This document shows positions 1-9,435 of a stretch of DNA of 54,038 nucleotides, one piece after another. A program made the translations under genes and the position numbers. The notes beneath the pieces were generated by a model that had not been told where the DNA came from, ran no database searches, and worked only from the letters and a program-made list of their open reading frames with translations. The DNA lies in NCBI GenBank assembly GCA_903843045.1, contig CAIMOJ010000017.1, positions 1-54,038 of the forward strand, in the 5' to 3' direction. Position 1 is the first letter of the stretch; each line of letters opens with the position of its first letter. This DNA comes from Candidatus Uhrbacteria bacterium (GTDB lineage: Bacteria > Patescibacteriota > Patescibacteriia > UBA9934 > GWF2-40-263).

Positions 1-1
1 A

Positions 2-59
2 TTGACAATTCTCCCGTTTCCCCGCACACTCGCGCAACGTTCCTTTCACAGGAGGACGC
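2..59 (+). promoter_or_regulatory. Sigma70-type promoter/leader module, near-duplicate of 2872-2928
   Basis: TTGACA-N17-CACACT followed by cgcgcaacgttc and an AGGAG RBS; the same string is at 2872. Confidence 0.65.
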
Positions 60-1424
60 ATGGAATCTCCTTCGAAGCTGAAGCCGTCGTGGATCGCCCT
101 GGCCATCAAGGCGGGCAAGCTCGTGTTTCCGCTGCTCATCAAGCTGGCAACCGTGCTCGCGAAGCTGTTCAAGAGCGCGGCGACACTCAAGCTCGGGCTC
201 GCGATGGCATCGTTCGGCACCTACGCGATTTTGCTCGATCCGCGGTTCGCGGTCCTGCTCATGGTCACGCTCGCGCTCCACGAGACCGGCCACGTGCTCA
301 TGATGCGCCGGTTCGGCATGGTGACGCGCGGGTTCTACTTCATCCCGCTCATCGGCGGTGCGGCCGTGGTGGAAAGCGCGTTCGCGAACGCGTGGAACGA
401 GGCCGCCGTGGCACTCGCCGGACCCGCCGTCGGGCTCCTCACCGCGCTCGTCCCGCTCGCGCTGTACCAGGCGACCGGGGAAAAGGTGTTCGAGGTGTCC
501 GCCTGCTGGATCGCCTTCGTGAACCTGCTCAACCTCCTCCCGGTCCACCCGCTCGACGGCGGCCGCGTCATGCGCGCGCTCGGCATGGGACTGACCGGAA
601 GGCGCGGCGCATGGCTTTTCGCGGCGATCACCCTCCTCGGAATGGGTTACTGCTCGTCGCAGGGATACGGCATCTTCGTCCTCTTCGGAGCGCTCGGGCT
701 CGGCGAGGAGCTGGGACGACGCTATAGGAAGAGCAAAAATGCGTCGTCTCCTACCGCCATCTGGAAACAGGCGAACCACCGCGAGTTCCGCCGCAAGCTC
801 TCCGTCGCGCTCGGCCTTCCGCCGGACACAAGCCAGATCGACGTGATTCTGCTCGAGCTCACTCGCTGGCAGGACGACTCTCTGAATGCCGAGACCGTAA
901 ACGAGGTCACAGAGTTTTTCGCGCGCAACGCGCAAATTGCAAAAAAGGGCGCGGACGCGCAAGCTCGTTTCGAACGGGTAAAAAACGACCCGGCGAAAGC
1001 TCCTGAACAAGCGCGATTGCACGCGCAGATCGTTATCGAGATTCTAACGGTGCTGTCATCCTGGGAGGAGGCGGCCAAGCGCGTTCGCCACCACTGGGAC
1101 GCATCCTCCGCATCGAATTCGTTCACGATGCCACAGCCGACAGACGCGGAACTTCTTGACGGCGACTACAAGGACATCTTCGGAACGATGCAGCACGACA
1201 CGTTTTCGGCCATGTGCCTCTTTTATGACCGAAAGGCCGCCGCATCGTTCACCCATGACCATGCCGAAAACCGGTCCGACGCCGAGCTGGCCTTCACCCC
1301 GCGCGAAGCCGCCGCTGCCATCCTCGGCTACGGGATCCTCGTCTTCGCCCTCTTCGACCTCATGGAACTCACCGGCGGACACGACGCGGCATCGCAGGCC
1401 GTGACGTTCTTCAAGGGACTCTGA
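60..1424 (+). CDS. Site-2 protease family (M50) membrane metalloprotease with C-terminal extension
   Basis: HETGH (HExxH), AGPAVG and NLLPVHPLDGGR motifs; hydrophobic segments; AGGAGG RBS. Confidence 0.85.
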   Translation: MESPSKLKPSWIALAIKAGKLVFPLLIKLATVLAKLFKSAATLKLGLAMASFGTYAILLDPRFAVLLMVTLALHETGHVLMMRRFGMVTRGFYFIPLIGGAAVVESAFANAWNEAAVALAGPAVGLLTALVPLALYQATGEKVFEVSACWIAFVNLLNLLPVHPLDGGRVMRALGMGLTGRRGAWLFAAITLLGMGYCSSQGYGIFVLFGALGLGEELGRRYRKSKNASSPTAIWKQANHREFRRKLSVALGLPPDTSQIDVILLELTRWQDDSLNAETVNEVTEFFARNAQIAKKGADAQARFERVKNDPAKAPEQARLHAQIVIEILTVLSSWEEAAKRVRHHWDASSASNSFTMPQPTDAELLDGDYKDIFGTMQHDTFSAMCLFYDRKAAASFTHDHAENRSDAELAFTPREAAAAILGYGILVFALFDLMELTGGHDAASQAVTFFKGL

Positions 1425-1455
1425 CTCTGGGCACATCGCTCGGAGTTTTTTCTTT
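1425..1455 (+). terminator. Rho-independent terminator
   Basis: actctgggc/gctcggagt hairpin plus T tract. Confidence 0.7.
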
Positions 1456-1543
1456 GCCGCGACGGTTGACAATTCCCCTCAAATCGCCTACCATCCTCCC
1501 TCCGCGCGCACGTTGCCGTGGATTCCTTCTCTGGGAGAACTCA

Positions 1544-2833
1544 ATGGAAAATCGACCGTTCGACATGAACGCCTGGAACTACGACAAGGCACGCCCGCGA
1601 CGAGCGGAGCCAATGGGCGGAAAGGCAACCGGCCTCACCCTGTGTCGGAAACTGGCGGACGGAAACCCGCGCTTCTACGTTCCCAAGTGGTTCGGAATGA
1701 ACGAGAACGCCGAAAGCCTCGCCGACCGCCATCTCGGAATTTCACTCTGGCTTTCGGAATACCATCCGTGGGGCGTCATCGTCCGAAGCTCCGGCCGCGA
1801 CGAGGACTGGTTTGATGGACGGAGCGGCGTCGAGCGAAGCGTTCGCTGCCGCACCGACGAGGTGTCCATCAAGGCGGCCCTACGGGAACGCGTCGCGACG
1901 AACCGTCTTCCCGTCGTCGTCCAGTCAATGGCGGACGGCTACGGCTGCGTCGTCGACGTGGGCTGGAGCCATCTCCTCGGGAAGGCCGTCGTCCGCGTCG
2001 CGAGAGGAGGGACGTCGAACGAGGGCGGGGGGACGCGGTTCACCTCGGCCACGTGGGACAACGAGGCGACGTTCGGCCTGTACGACGCCGAAACCGGCGA
2101 GGCGATCATCGCCCTCGCGGACGGCGAGCTCGACGTGGCGATGCCAGACCTCGCACGGGAATTGGTCGCCGGGCTGCGGCGCATCGGCATCAACTACGGC
2201 GTTCAGCTTGAGATGGTCATCCATCCCAAATATCCGTTCAATTGGATCCTCGTCCAGCTCCGCCCGTCGCCAAGCGCGATGCGCGGAACGACGGAAACGC
2301 CTCCGCGGAACGGACGACTGCTGATGACAAGCTGCCGCGTGAGCAAGCCCGGCGCGTGCGAGGGCGAGTCCATCGTCATGGGCGACCGCGACAAGGACCG
2401 CGAGATAGAGATGGACGCCTGCGCGATCGCGCGCGAAGACGGAACCGAGCGGGAACATTGGTTCGACGACCACCCGCATCGCCACGCACTCGCCGGAAAG
2501 ATCGTCCTCTGGTCCGATTCCAGCGTGCCGAAGTCCGAGCAAAGCGTCCTGCGCGCGCTCGGCGTCGCGCTCATCGGCGCCGTCGGCCAGGTCTCGCTCC
2601 GGCCGCTCGTGAACTCGAGCCACGGGACGAGGACCGACCCGGGCAGCTGGCGCGGAGGACAGGCAACGGCCGCGCGCGCGACCAAGGCCAAGGACGCAAG
2701 CCTCCTCATCGGCACCCCAAGGGCCCACGGCTCCCTCTTCGGCCAGTGGCCCCGCGACGCCTGGCCCCGCACCCCGGTCCGCCTTCGCATCGTCAGCGAC
2801 GGGCTGGTCGGCGAAATCTATCAGCTCGACTAG
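1544..2833 (+). CDS. PEP/pyruvate-binding (PPDK_N, ATP-grasp) domain protein with a possible degenerate phosphohistidine domain
   Basis: GGKA..L, F.VP, VRSS..ED, VVVQ.M, E...LVQLRP motifs; C-terminal SSHG and SDG..GEI; RBS ggaga before ATG 1544. Confidence 0.65.
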   Translation: MENRPFDMNAWNYDKARPRRAEPMGGKATGLTLCRKLADGNPRFYVPKWFGMNENAESLADRHLGISLWLSEYHPWGVIVRSSGRDEDWFDGRSGVERSVRCRTDEVSIKAALRERVATNRLPVVVQSMADGYGCVVDVGWSHLLGKAVVRVARGGTSNEGGGTRFTSATWDNEATFGLYDAETGEAIIALADGELDVAMPDLARELVAGLRRIGINYGVQLEMVIHPKYPFNWILVQLRPSPSAMRGTTETPPRNGRLLMTSCRVSKPGACEGESIVMGDRDKDREIEMDACAIAREDGTEREHWFDDHPHRHALAGKIVLWSDSSVPKSEQSVLRALGVALIGAVGQVSLRPLVNSSHGTRTDPGSWRGGQATAARATKAKDASLLIGTPRAHGSLFGQWPRDAWPRTPVRLRIVSDGLVGEIYQLD

Positions 2834-2928
2834 CCGACCATGCGTGGTCGGTTTTTTCTTTGCCGCGACGATTGACAATCCGCCCGTTTCCCCGCACACT
2901 CGCGCAACGTTCTTTCAAAGGAGAGCGC

Positions 2929-3597
2929 ATGACCGTCAAAAACCTGTTTCAGACCCTCTGGGCCAAGCGCGGCCTGAGCATGATTCGGCTCGCCGACGAG
3001 ATCGGAGTCCATCGGAACTGGCTGATCGATCTCCGCGACGGGATCGTTCCAATCGCAAAGGACGGCCGCCTGCTCGCGGGATCCGATCCTCGCTATCTGG
3101 CGCTTGGAACGTATCTTGAACTCCACGGAGTCGCCACGAAGGACGACTTCGTTCGCCAAGCGGAATCGGAACAGTCCCGTCCCAAGGCCGACACGCGTCC
3201 GGGAATGGACGGGCTGTCCCTCGCCGTCATGACGCGCCTCACTCGGCTGGGGGCAAAGGACGCGGTCCCGGCAATGGAAATCTGGATGTATGTCACCCAG
3301 GTCGTTTCGAAGCACGGGATCGACCGCGCCGACGCGTTCGTGGTCGCCTCCGCGAAGAAGTGGCGGCCAGCGGAATGTCCCAAGGCACCCGCGGACTTCC
3401 CGGACAGTCTCTGGGGCCTCGACGTCGGATGGAAAAAACCCGAGGACGTTCAACGCCAGGCCCGTGAGATTTTCACGACCGTCCTTTCGCACGCTACCGC
3501 CGACCCGTCGATCAGGGATCCGATCGCGCGCATCCTTTCCCGTCTCCAGCATTTCCCGCCCGACCACCTGACCGGCCTCATCCGACAGGGCGCGTAA
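2929..3597 (+). CDS. XRE/Cro-type HTH protein
   Basis: N-terminal RGLSMIRLADEIGVHRNWLIDLRDG; RBS aaggag; start corrected from the ORF track. Confidence 0.6.
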   Translation: MTVKNLFQTLWAKRGLSMIRLADEIGVHRNWLIDLRDGIVPIAKDGRLLAGSDPRYLALGTYLELHGVATKDDFVRQAESEQSRPKADTRPGMDGLSLAVMTRLTRLGAKDAVPAMEIWMYVTQVVSKHGIDRADAFVVASAKKWRPAECPKAPADFPDSLWGLDVGWKKPEDVQRQAREIFTTVLSHATADPSIRDPIARILSRLQHFPPDHLTGLIRQGA

Positions 3598-3622
3598 CTT
3601 CTTTCCAACGGAGAAAACCCCG

Positions 3623-3901
3623 ATGATCACCATTGTCTTTACCCTGCCTCCCGATTTCCCAGCCGCCACTCTCGCCGCATGGATCGGCGGCATCATCTAT
3701 GGCCCGGATGCCTCCGACAGTGTCAGGTTTCCCGACGACAAGAAGTGGGACCTGGCAGGCCAGGGAAACTGGTTCCTGCGCGTCGACGACGACCGCCGCT
3801 GCGCCGTCACGTCACGCGGACACCACCCGCCCGACGTGTATCGCGCGATCGTAACCGTCCTCACGTACTTCGCATACGTTCGGGACGCCACGATCACCTG
3901 A
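3623..3901 (+). CDS. Hypothetical protein
   Basis: RBS ggag; followed by a terminator. Confidence 0.6.
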   Translation: MITIVFTLPPDFPAATLAAWIGGIIYGPDASDSVRFPDDKKWDLAGQGNWFLRVDDDRRCAVTSRGHHPPDVYRAIVTVLTYFAYVRDATIT

Positions 3902-3912
3902 GTCTGAACTTC

Positions 3913-3975
3913 GGCCCCGAGCTTTGCCCGGGGCTTTTTTATCCAAAAAAAATCGACCGTCGAGACGACGGTCGG
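3913..3975. terminator. Back-to-back terminators between convergent genes
   Basis: gccccgagc/gcccggggc plus T run; A run plus cgaccgtc/gacggtcg. Confidence 0.65.
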
Positions 3976-3984
3976 AGGCGCGGG

Positions 3985-4242
3985 CTATTCGATGCGGTCG
4001 ATGATGTAGCGGAGGCAGTGGTTCCCGCCGATGGGACGGAGCAGTTCTTCGAGAAGTCGCTTGTACGCGCCCCTTGTCCCGAGCGCGCGGCCCTTGTCGG
4101 CCTCCGCCATGGAAACCTCGAAAACGACGGAGTACGAACCGACCACGGCGCGCACCATGACCGCGTCCGGCGCGTCCACCAGACAGCGGAACGTCGCGTC
4201 GACCAACTTCCTTGTCTCCTCAATCCGCTGATCCTTGTCCAT
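3985..4242 (-). CDS. KH-domain RNA-binding protein, KhpA-like
   Basis: LVDAPDAV.V...VFEVSMAEADKGRALGTRG (GxxG loop), about 85 aa. Confidence 0.65.
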   Translation of the reverse strand: MDKDQRIEETRKLVDATFRCLVDAPDAVMVRAVVGSYSVVFEVSMAEADKGRALGTRGAYKRLLEELLRPIGGNHCLRYIIDRIE

Positions 4243-4402
4243 TTCACTAGTACGCATGCATGCCTCTTGCTGGCGCGAGTTATACGCGGGTCGCGCGCGA
4301 CTGTCAATTCTTTCCGCTTGGATTCATTGACATTTCCGCCATTTTATGGCATACTGTGCCCTCCGACCGATCCACGGCCGGACGATTTCCAGGAGAACGA
4401 AG

Positions 4403-4828
4403 ATGACTGACAACGTACCAGGACCGCTGATGAATGCCAGCAACCGCATGACCTTGAAACGCCACGCTGGACGTTTCGGCGACAACTGCCAGCATGACGA
4501 CCGCGCGAACCTGCTTCTGCGCGGCTGCCTCCACGAGGGCGCGCGGATGATCACGATCCGGTGCGACCTCTACGGGGACCTGTGCCTCTCGGTCGTCGAG
4601 CACATCGTCCTTTTCCGAGGCCCGAAGTCCGACGAAGATCAGACGACCGTGGACCAGGGCGTCCAGTTCATCGGCTGGGAGCATGGCCCGCGCAGCCCGA
4701 GCGGATGGCGCGTCGCCTATCGTTTCGTCTCTGACTTCGCGTCCGAGACCTTCACGGTCGACCGCATCGACGTCGCGCCCGACAGCCTGGCCGGCGACGC
4801 CGAAATCGTCTCCGTCCCGCCCGCGTAA
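4403..4828 (+). CDS. Hypothetical protein; N-terminus resembles the GHKL-like paralogs at 7933 and 26105
   Basis: TTGACA-N17-CATACT promoter, AGGAG RBS; NLLLRGCLHEGARMITIRCD aligns loosely with NAHLRNAFDRGATDVRISYN. Confidence 0.5.
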   Translation: MTDNVPGPLMNASNRMTLKRHAGRFGDNCQHDDRANLLLRGCLHEGARMITIRCDLYGDLCLSVVEHIVLFRGPKSDEDQTTVDQGVQFIGWEHGPRSPSGWRVAYRFVSDFASETFTVDRIDVAPDSLAGDAEIVSVPPA

Positions 4829-4939
4829 CTCCGCGGGCTTCTTTTTTTGAAATCAGTCCGCTCCGTTGACAGTTCGTCCGAACCGTATCATCATCTTGTC
4901 GTCCGACCGCTGCCGGTCGACACCCCCATGGAGGAACCG

Positions 4940-5338
4940 ATGATCTCTCTGCTCAGTCCGGCTCTCAGCGCGAAAATATACGTGGACTCCCTGCGCGCGT
5001 ACAGGATCGGCCCGCGATTCTGCGGATCCGGCGATAGTTCCCTCGCGCGCATCCTCGACGCGTCACCCGAGGAACTAACCGCGGCCGACCGGCTCCTGCT
5101 CGCCCAGGTCGTCGGCGTCTCGCTCGACCTGGGCGGAGGCGCGAAGAACAACTGGCTCGGCGTCTCCGAGACGCTGGTCCGCGCAACCCCCGACGCGCTG
5201 CGGCGTCTGGTCGAGCTGCGCGTCCTCGAGATCGAGGTCGGGATCGTGGACGAGAACAGCCACGCGCTCGACCGCGCCTACTGGCCAAGCCGCACGCTCA
5301 TCTCCCGGATGGTCGATCAGTGGCCGCCCAGCATGTAG
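4940..5338 (+). CDS. Hypothetical protein
   Basis: TTGACA at 4866, GGAGG RBS, downstream terminator. Confidence 0.55.
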   Translation: MISLLSPALSAKIYVDSLRAYRIGPRFCGSGDSSLARILDASPEELTAADRLLLAQVVGVSLDLGGGAKNNWLGVSETLVRATPDALRRLVELRVLEIEVGIVDENSHALDRAYWPSRTLISRMVDQWPPSM

Positions 5339-5428
5339 CCTGTCCCGTCCTTCCGAGGACCGGGACTTTTTCTTTCTTGACTTCTCCCCGCCCGCCGGCG
5401 TACTCTCCAGCCTACCCATGAGTGACAC

Positions 5429-6406
5429 ATGAGCGATCCTTCCTGTTCCTCCGCTCCTTCCATCGGTTCGATCGGCTCGATCGTTTCCGACACGTACAAC
5501 GACCGGTCCAAGGGATTCCTGCCGACCGTGACCGGATCCAACGCAGAGCTCGACCGCTTCTTGCGGGTCGTGACGAACCGCAACACATTCGGAACCAGGC
5601 TGAACGTCCGCACGTTCGGATGCCGACAGCCGCGCGACATCCCTCAGTTCGTCCACAGGCCGCACGGCCTGGAATGGAACGAGCGCGATCAGCCGTCCAT
5701 TCTCTGGCGCGGGGAGATCCCGCTCCGACCCGAGGCGATCATCCCGGTCCGCAACCACCCGAAGGTCGGTTCGATCCTCTACTTCGGCGCGAACCACCAG
5801 AGCCGCCTCCCCTCCGACGACGTCCGTCGGCTCGAGCACTCCCTGCTCGGACGCGTCATGGATATGCCGCGCAAGGCGCCGCGCGAGGACCTCCACGTCG
5901 AAATCCTCTCGCGACGTCCGTCCGACCGGGACGTCGCGGACATCGTGGGCATCTACGTCGACCGATACACCACGTATCTGACGCCGTTCACCGAGGAGTC
6001 GGTCCGCGGCATGGCGGCAGGCTCGCAAGTGGTGGTCGTCCGCGACGCGCATGGGCGCATCGCCTCGATCTGCGTCTCCGAGATCGCGCACATCCCGGTC
6101 CCGAACGCGCCGCCGATCCACTTCGTGGAAATCTCCGACGCGGCCACGCGCAAGGACTGCGAGGGGCAGGGGATGTATACCGCCGCCAAGGCCGAGAGCA
6201 TCCGCTTCATTCGACAGGCCAACCCCGACGCGGTCATCACCACCGAGGCGCGCGCCAACTCCATCGGCGTCCTGCGCTCGAACGTCAACCTCGGCATGCA
6301 CGTCGCCGGCCGCCAGCTCGCGCATTGCGTCATCTCCGCCAAGAGCAACGAGGACGTGGCCCAGACCAGCAGGTACGGCAACCTCGTCGTCTTCTACGTC
6401 CCCTAG
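5429..6406 (+). CDS. GNAT N-acetyltransferase, beta-lysine acetyltransferase (AblB/YodP)-like C-terminal domain
   Basis: EISDAATRKDCEGQGMY, TEARANSIG, LGMHVAGRQLAHCVI. Confidence 0.6.
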   Translation: MSDPSCSSAPSIGSIGSIVSDTYNDRSKGFLPTVTGSNAELDRFLRVVTNRNTFGTRLNVRTFGCRQPRDIPQFVHRPHGLEWNERDQPSILWRGEIPLRPEAIIPVRNHPKVGSILYFGANHQSRLPSDDVRRLEHSLLGRVMDMPRKAPREDLHVEILSRRPSDRDVADIVGIYVDRYTTYLTPFTEESVRGMAAGSQVVVVRDAHGRIASICVSEIAHIPVPNAPPIHFVEISDAATRKDCEGQGMYTAAKAESIRFIRQANPDAVITTEARANSIGVLRSNVNLGMHVAGRQLAHCVISAKSNEDVAQTSRYGNLVVFYVP

Positions 6407-6441
6407 CCTCTGGGGGATTTTTTCTTTATAGTGCTTGAGAT

Positions 6442-7602
6442 ATGAACATCCCCGATTCCGGCTACACCGACCACCACACGCACCCGTCCTCCCGATGTCG
6501 AATCCTCACGGAATGCGACGCGCGGGCGGCTGCGACGTGGGACGAGGCAAGAACGATGATCGCGGCGCATATCGTTGCGAATCCGACGCGCGATCTCTAC
6601 GTCGTCCACGGATGGAACCAATCGACGTGGGGAACGCCGGCCCAGGCGGATCTCGACGCGCTGACGGACGTGGGACTCGTCGTGATCAACGTCTCGTACC
6701 ACGGGGCGCTGTTGAATACCGCTGCGGCTGAGAAATTTCCAGGGACGATCGGACACCTGGTCTCCGAGAAGGACTTCGAGGAACTCGCCATCGAGACGCT
6801 TCCGAAGTGCGACGACCTCCTCGTCGCGATCCCGAAGTATCACGAGTATCTCTCCACGCTCGGCGTCGTCTCGGCGCACGACATGCACGTTGCAACGATG
6901 GACCAGATTGACGCGTACCGCGAACTCGACCGTCGCGGGGAACTCGCCATCGACACGACCGCGTTCGTGAACGCGCGCCTGCTCGACGATCCGCGGCTCG
7001 TCGAGGCCGTCGCGAACCCGTCGCCGCGCTTCCGCGTCGCGGGACTCAAGCTGTTCCTCGACGGCGCCATCGGCGTGCACACCGCGTTCGTGACCGAGCC
7101 GTACCTCGACACGCACGGTCACGGGATGCTCCGGCACTCGAAGGACGAGTGCGTCGCGCTCATAAAAAAATCGCTAACGCTCGGCCTCGCGACCCCGGCG
7201 ATCCACGCGATCGGCGACGCGGCGGTCGCGACCGTGCTCGACGTCTACGAGGAACTCAAAGCCGACGGTCACGACACGCGCGGCTGGCGCATCGAGCACT
7301 GCGAGATGGTCCGCCCGAATGACATCCCGCGCATCCTCGCCCTCGGCGCCGTCCCCGTCATGCAACCAAACTTCCACTGGGACCTCGACCACTACGGCGA
7401 CCGCCTCGGCGACAACCTCCGGCTGATCAACCCGTTCCGCCCGCTCCTCGACGCGGGAGTCAAAATCCTCTTCGGCTCCGACGGCATGCCGGAAGGCCCG
7501 AAGGTAGGCATCGAGTACGCGATGAACCGCGCGAGGTTTCCGGAGCAACAGATCACGCTCGAGGAGACGCTGATTGCGTATGGGATAACCGGCCTGGATT
7601 GA
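6442..7602 (+). CDS. Amidohydrolase 3 family (YtcJ-like) metal-dependent hydrolase
   Basis: DHHTH, KLFLDGAIG, HAIGDAA, RIEHC, MQPNF, FGSD. Confidence 0.85.
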   Translation: MNIPDSGYTDHHTHPSSRCRILTECDARAAATWDEARTMIAAHIVANPTRDLYVVHGWNQSTWGTPAQADLDALTDVGLVVINVSYHGALLNTAAAEKFPGTIGHLVSEKDFEELAIETLPKCDDLLVAIPKYHEYLSTLGVVSAHDMHVATMDQIDAYRELDRRGELAIDTTAFVNARLLDDPRLVEAVANPSPRFRVAGLKLFLDGAIGVHTAFVTEPYLDTHGHGMLRHSKDECVALIKKSLTLGLATPAIHAIGDAAVATVLDVYEELKADGHDTRGWRIEHCEMVRPNDIPRILALGAVPVMQPNFHWDLDHYGDRLGDNLRLINPFRPLLDAGVKILFGSDGMPEGPKVGIEYAMNRARFPEQQITLEETLIAYGITGLD

Positions 7603-7631
7603 CATCCGGCCGGTTTTTTTTCGGACACGGC

Positions 7632-7789
7632 GGGTGCGGATACGGTGGGGTATCGGAATTCGGATCTTACGGAATTACGGAACTGCGGATGTTCGGATAT
7701 ACGTACGTCCGTAGTTCCGAACATCCGCAAATCCGAAGTTCCGAACATCCGCAAGATCCGAATTCCGATACCCCACCGTATCCGTACCC
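7632..7789. repeat. Palindromic CGGA/TCCG 8-bp-periodic element, copy 1
   Basis: 42-bp terminal inverted repeats (2 mismatches); CGGA at 7670/7678/7686/7694, TCCG at 7708/7716/7724/7732/7740/7748. Confidence 0.92.
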
Positions 7790-7932
7790 ATCATTGACAC
7801 CCGCCCACTTTTCCACTACCCTCACCCCGACGCTGCCACGTCACCAACGACGGCTTCTCCAATCCTGGCGAACCGACGCGTGCCGTTGCGACGGACCGAT
7901 GGGGGACGGATTTCTCCCGAGGCTCGAAGACA

Positions 7933-9186
7933 ATGTCGGCATTCGAAAAGGCTCTCCGCGAAGCGGCCAGCAAGTTCAAGTCGTTCACGGACGCAGTCAA
8001 CGCGCACCTGCGCAACGCGTTCGATCGCGGCGCGACGGACGTGAGGATCTCGTACAACGACGCGGGCGAGGGAAGCACGTTCCTCATGATCGAGGACAAC
8101 GGCCGTCCGCTCACCCGCGACCAGTTCGTGGCCGTCACGAACCCGTCCCCCGAACCGGGGAACGCGCACGAGACGCTCGCTCTCACGGGCGTGCACCACG
8201 CGCGGATGCTCACCGTCGACAACGCGGGAGCGATGCGGACGGTGAACTTCGCGGAATACGACGAGTCGAAGCCGGAGCGCTACAAGCAGCTGTACCCCAG
8301 GGTCGTCGAGCGCGACGGCAGCCTCTCGAAGGCCAACGTCGCCATCCAGCTCTGGTACCTCGGCGCCGGCGACGGCGTGGACCCGCGCCAGGACCGCACC
8401 GCCGCGCGGCTGATCAAGCGCCTTCCGGCAATGCTCACCCCTCGCGAGGCGGGGATGGTGACGGTGGTGGACGAGAAGGGAACGGCCACGCGGCTCTCCG
8501 TCATGGCGCGCATGACGGGGGATGGCGAATACGTCGTGTGGATTCCCGAGCCCAAGGCTTCGTTCGACCACGGACAGCCGCTCGCGCTGAAGTACGGAGG
8601 GGTGCGCATGTCGGTCGACCGTCTTGGCCGCGCAATCCTCAGGATGCAAAGAGGCAAGACCAGCGGCCTGTACGTCTCACCATTCGTGCGGTCGCCCTGG
8701 CTGACCGGAACGATCGAGATTGCACGCGTCGACGGCGCAACCGAGTTTCCGGATCCGCGCAACGACTTTCCGGACGCGCAGTATGAAAACGGGTTCGTCG
8801 AGATGCTGTCCGAACTGCTGCTCACGGGATTGAATCGCGAGGGGACGCGACAGGCGATCCTCCGCGCGGCGGACGGAATCTGGACGACGGTAGGCTCCGG
8901 AAACGGCACGTTCAGATTCGACAGGTTCCAGTACGCCGTGGCATGTCGCGCCGAGATCTTTCGGTCCGACGAGCCTGTCCAGCTTGTCGACGCCGTCAAT
9001 ACGAGACGCTCCATCGAGATCAGCGTCATCCACCCGCTCTTCCAGGCGGACGACGGATCAAAGGCCGTCGGCGAGCGCATGCTCTGGGCCGTCGCCGAGT
9101 TCCTGCACCGCATGCATGACCGGAAGACCCTGGTCTCCAACTCGTACCTCGACCTCCGCGAAGCCATCGACAAGGCGCGCGGCTGA
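7933..9186 (+). CDS. Degenerate GHKL (HATPase_c)/MORC-like protein, paralog A
   Basis: DAVNAHLRNAFDRGATDVRI..MIEDNGRPL (motifs I/II, catalytic Glu absent), SPWLTGTIEI, C-terminal ISVIHPLF. Confidence 0.6.
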   Translation: MSAFEKALREAASKFKSFTDAVNAHLRNAFDRGATDVRISYNDAGEGSTFLMIEDNGRPLTRDQFVAVTNPSPEPGNAHETLALTGVHHARMLTVDNAGAMRTVNFAEYDESKPERYKQLYPRVVERDGSLSKANVAIQLWYLGAGDGVDPRQDRTAARLIKRLPAMLTPREAGMVTVVDEKGTATRLSVMARMTGDGEYVVWIPEPKASFDHGQPLALKYGGVRMSVDRLGRAILRMQRGKTSGLYVSPFVRSPWLTGTIEIARVDGATEFPDPRNDFPDAQYENGFVEMLSELLLTGLNREGTRQAILRAADGIWTTVGSGNGTFRFDRFQYAVACRAEIFRSDEPVQLVDAVNTRRSIEISVIHPLFQADDGSKAVGERMLWAVAEFLHRMHDRKTLVSNSYLDLREAIDKARG

Positions 9187-9221
9187 GCCCTGACCGTTCC
9201 CGTGGGGACGGTCATTTTCTT

Positions 9222-9377
9222 TACGGATACGGTGGGGTACGGATACGGTGGGGTATCGGAATTCGGATCTTGCGGATGTTCGGAACTTCGGATTTACGGA
9301 TATCCGAACATCCGCAGTTCCGTAATTCCGTACGATCCGAATTCCGATACCCCACCGTATCCGTACCGTCTCCGTAC
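9222..9377. repeat. Palindromic CGGA/TCCG element, copy 2 (inverted relative to copy 1)
   Basis: Reverse complement of copy 1 lacking three 8-bp units; 16-bp duplication tacggatacggtgggg at 9222/9238. Confidence 0.92.
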
Positions 9378-9424
9378 TTGACAGCCTTTTCCCCCGGTGT
9401 TACTTTGTGTACATCAGACACAAA
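9378..9424 (+). promoter_or_regulatory. nrtR promoter with overlapping NrtR operator
   Basis: TTGACA(9378)-N17-TACTTT(9401); perfect palindrome TTTGTGT-N7-ACACAAA at 9404-9424 fits the known GT-N7-AC NrtR box. Confidence 0.8.
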
Positions 9425-9435
9425 CACTCCACCCT

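Noticed and set aside
7392-7754. Repetitive ORFs (MRMFGTSDL..., also at 7599, 9221 and 9270)
   Set aside because: They are translations of the CGGA palindromes, lying between a terminator and a promoter with no RBS
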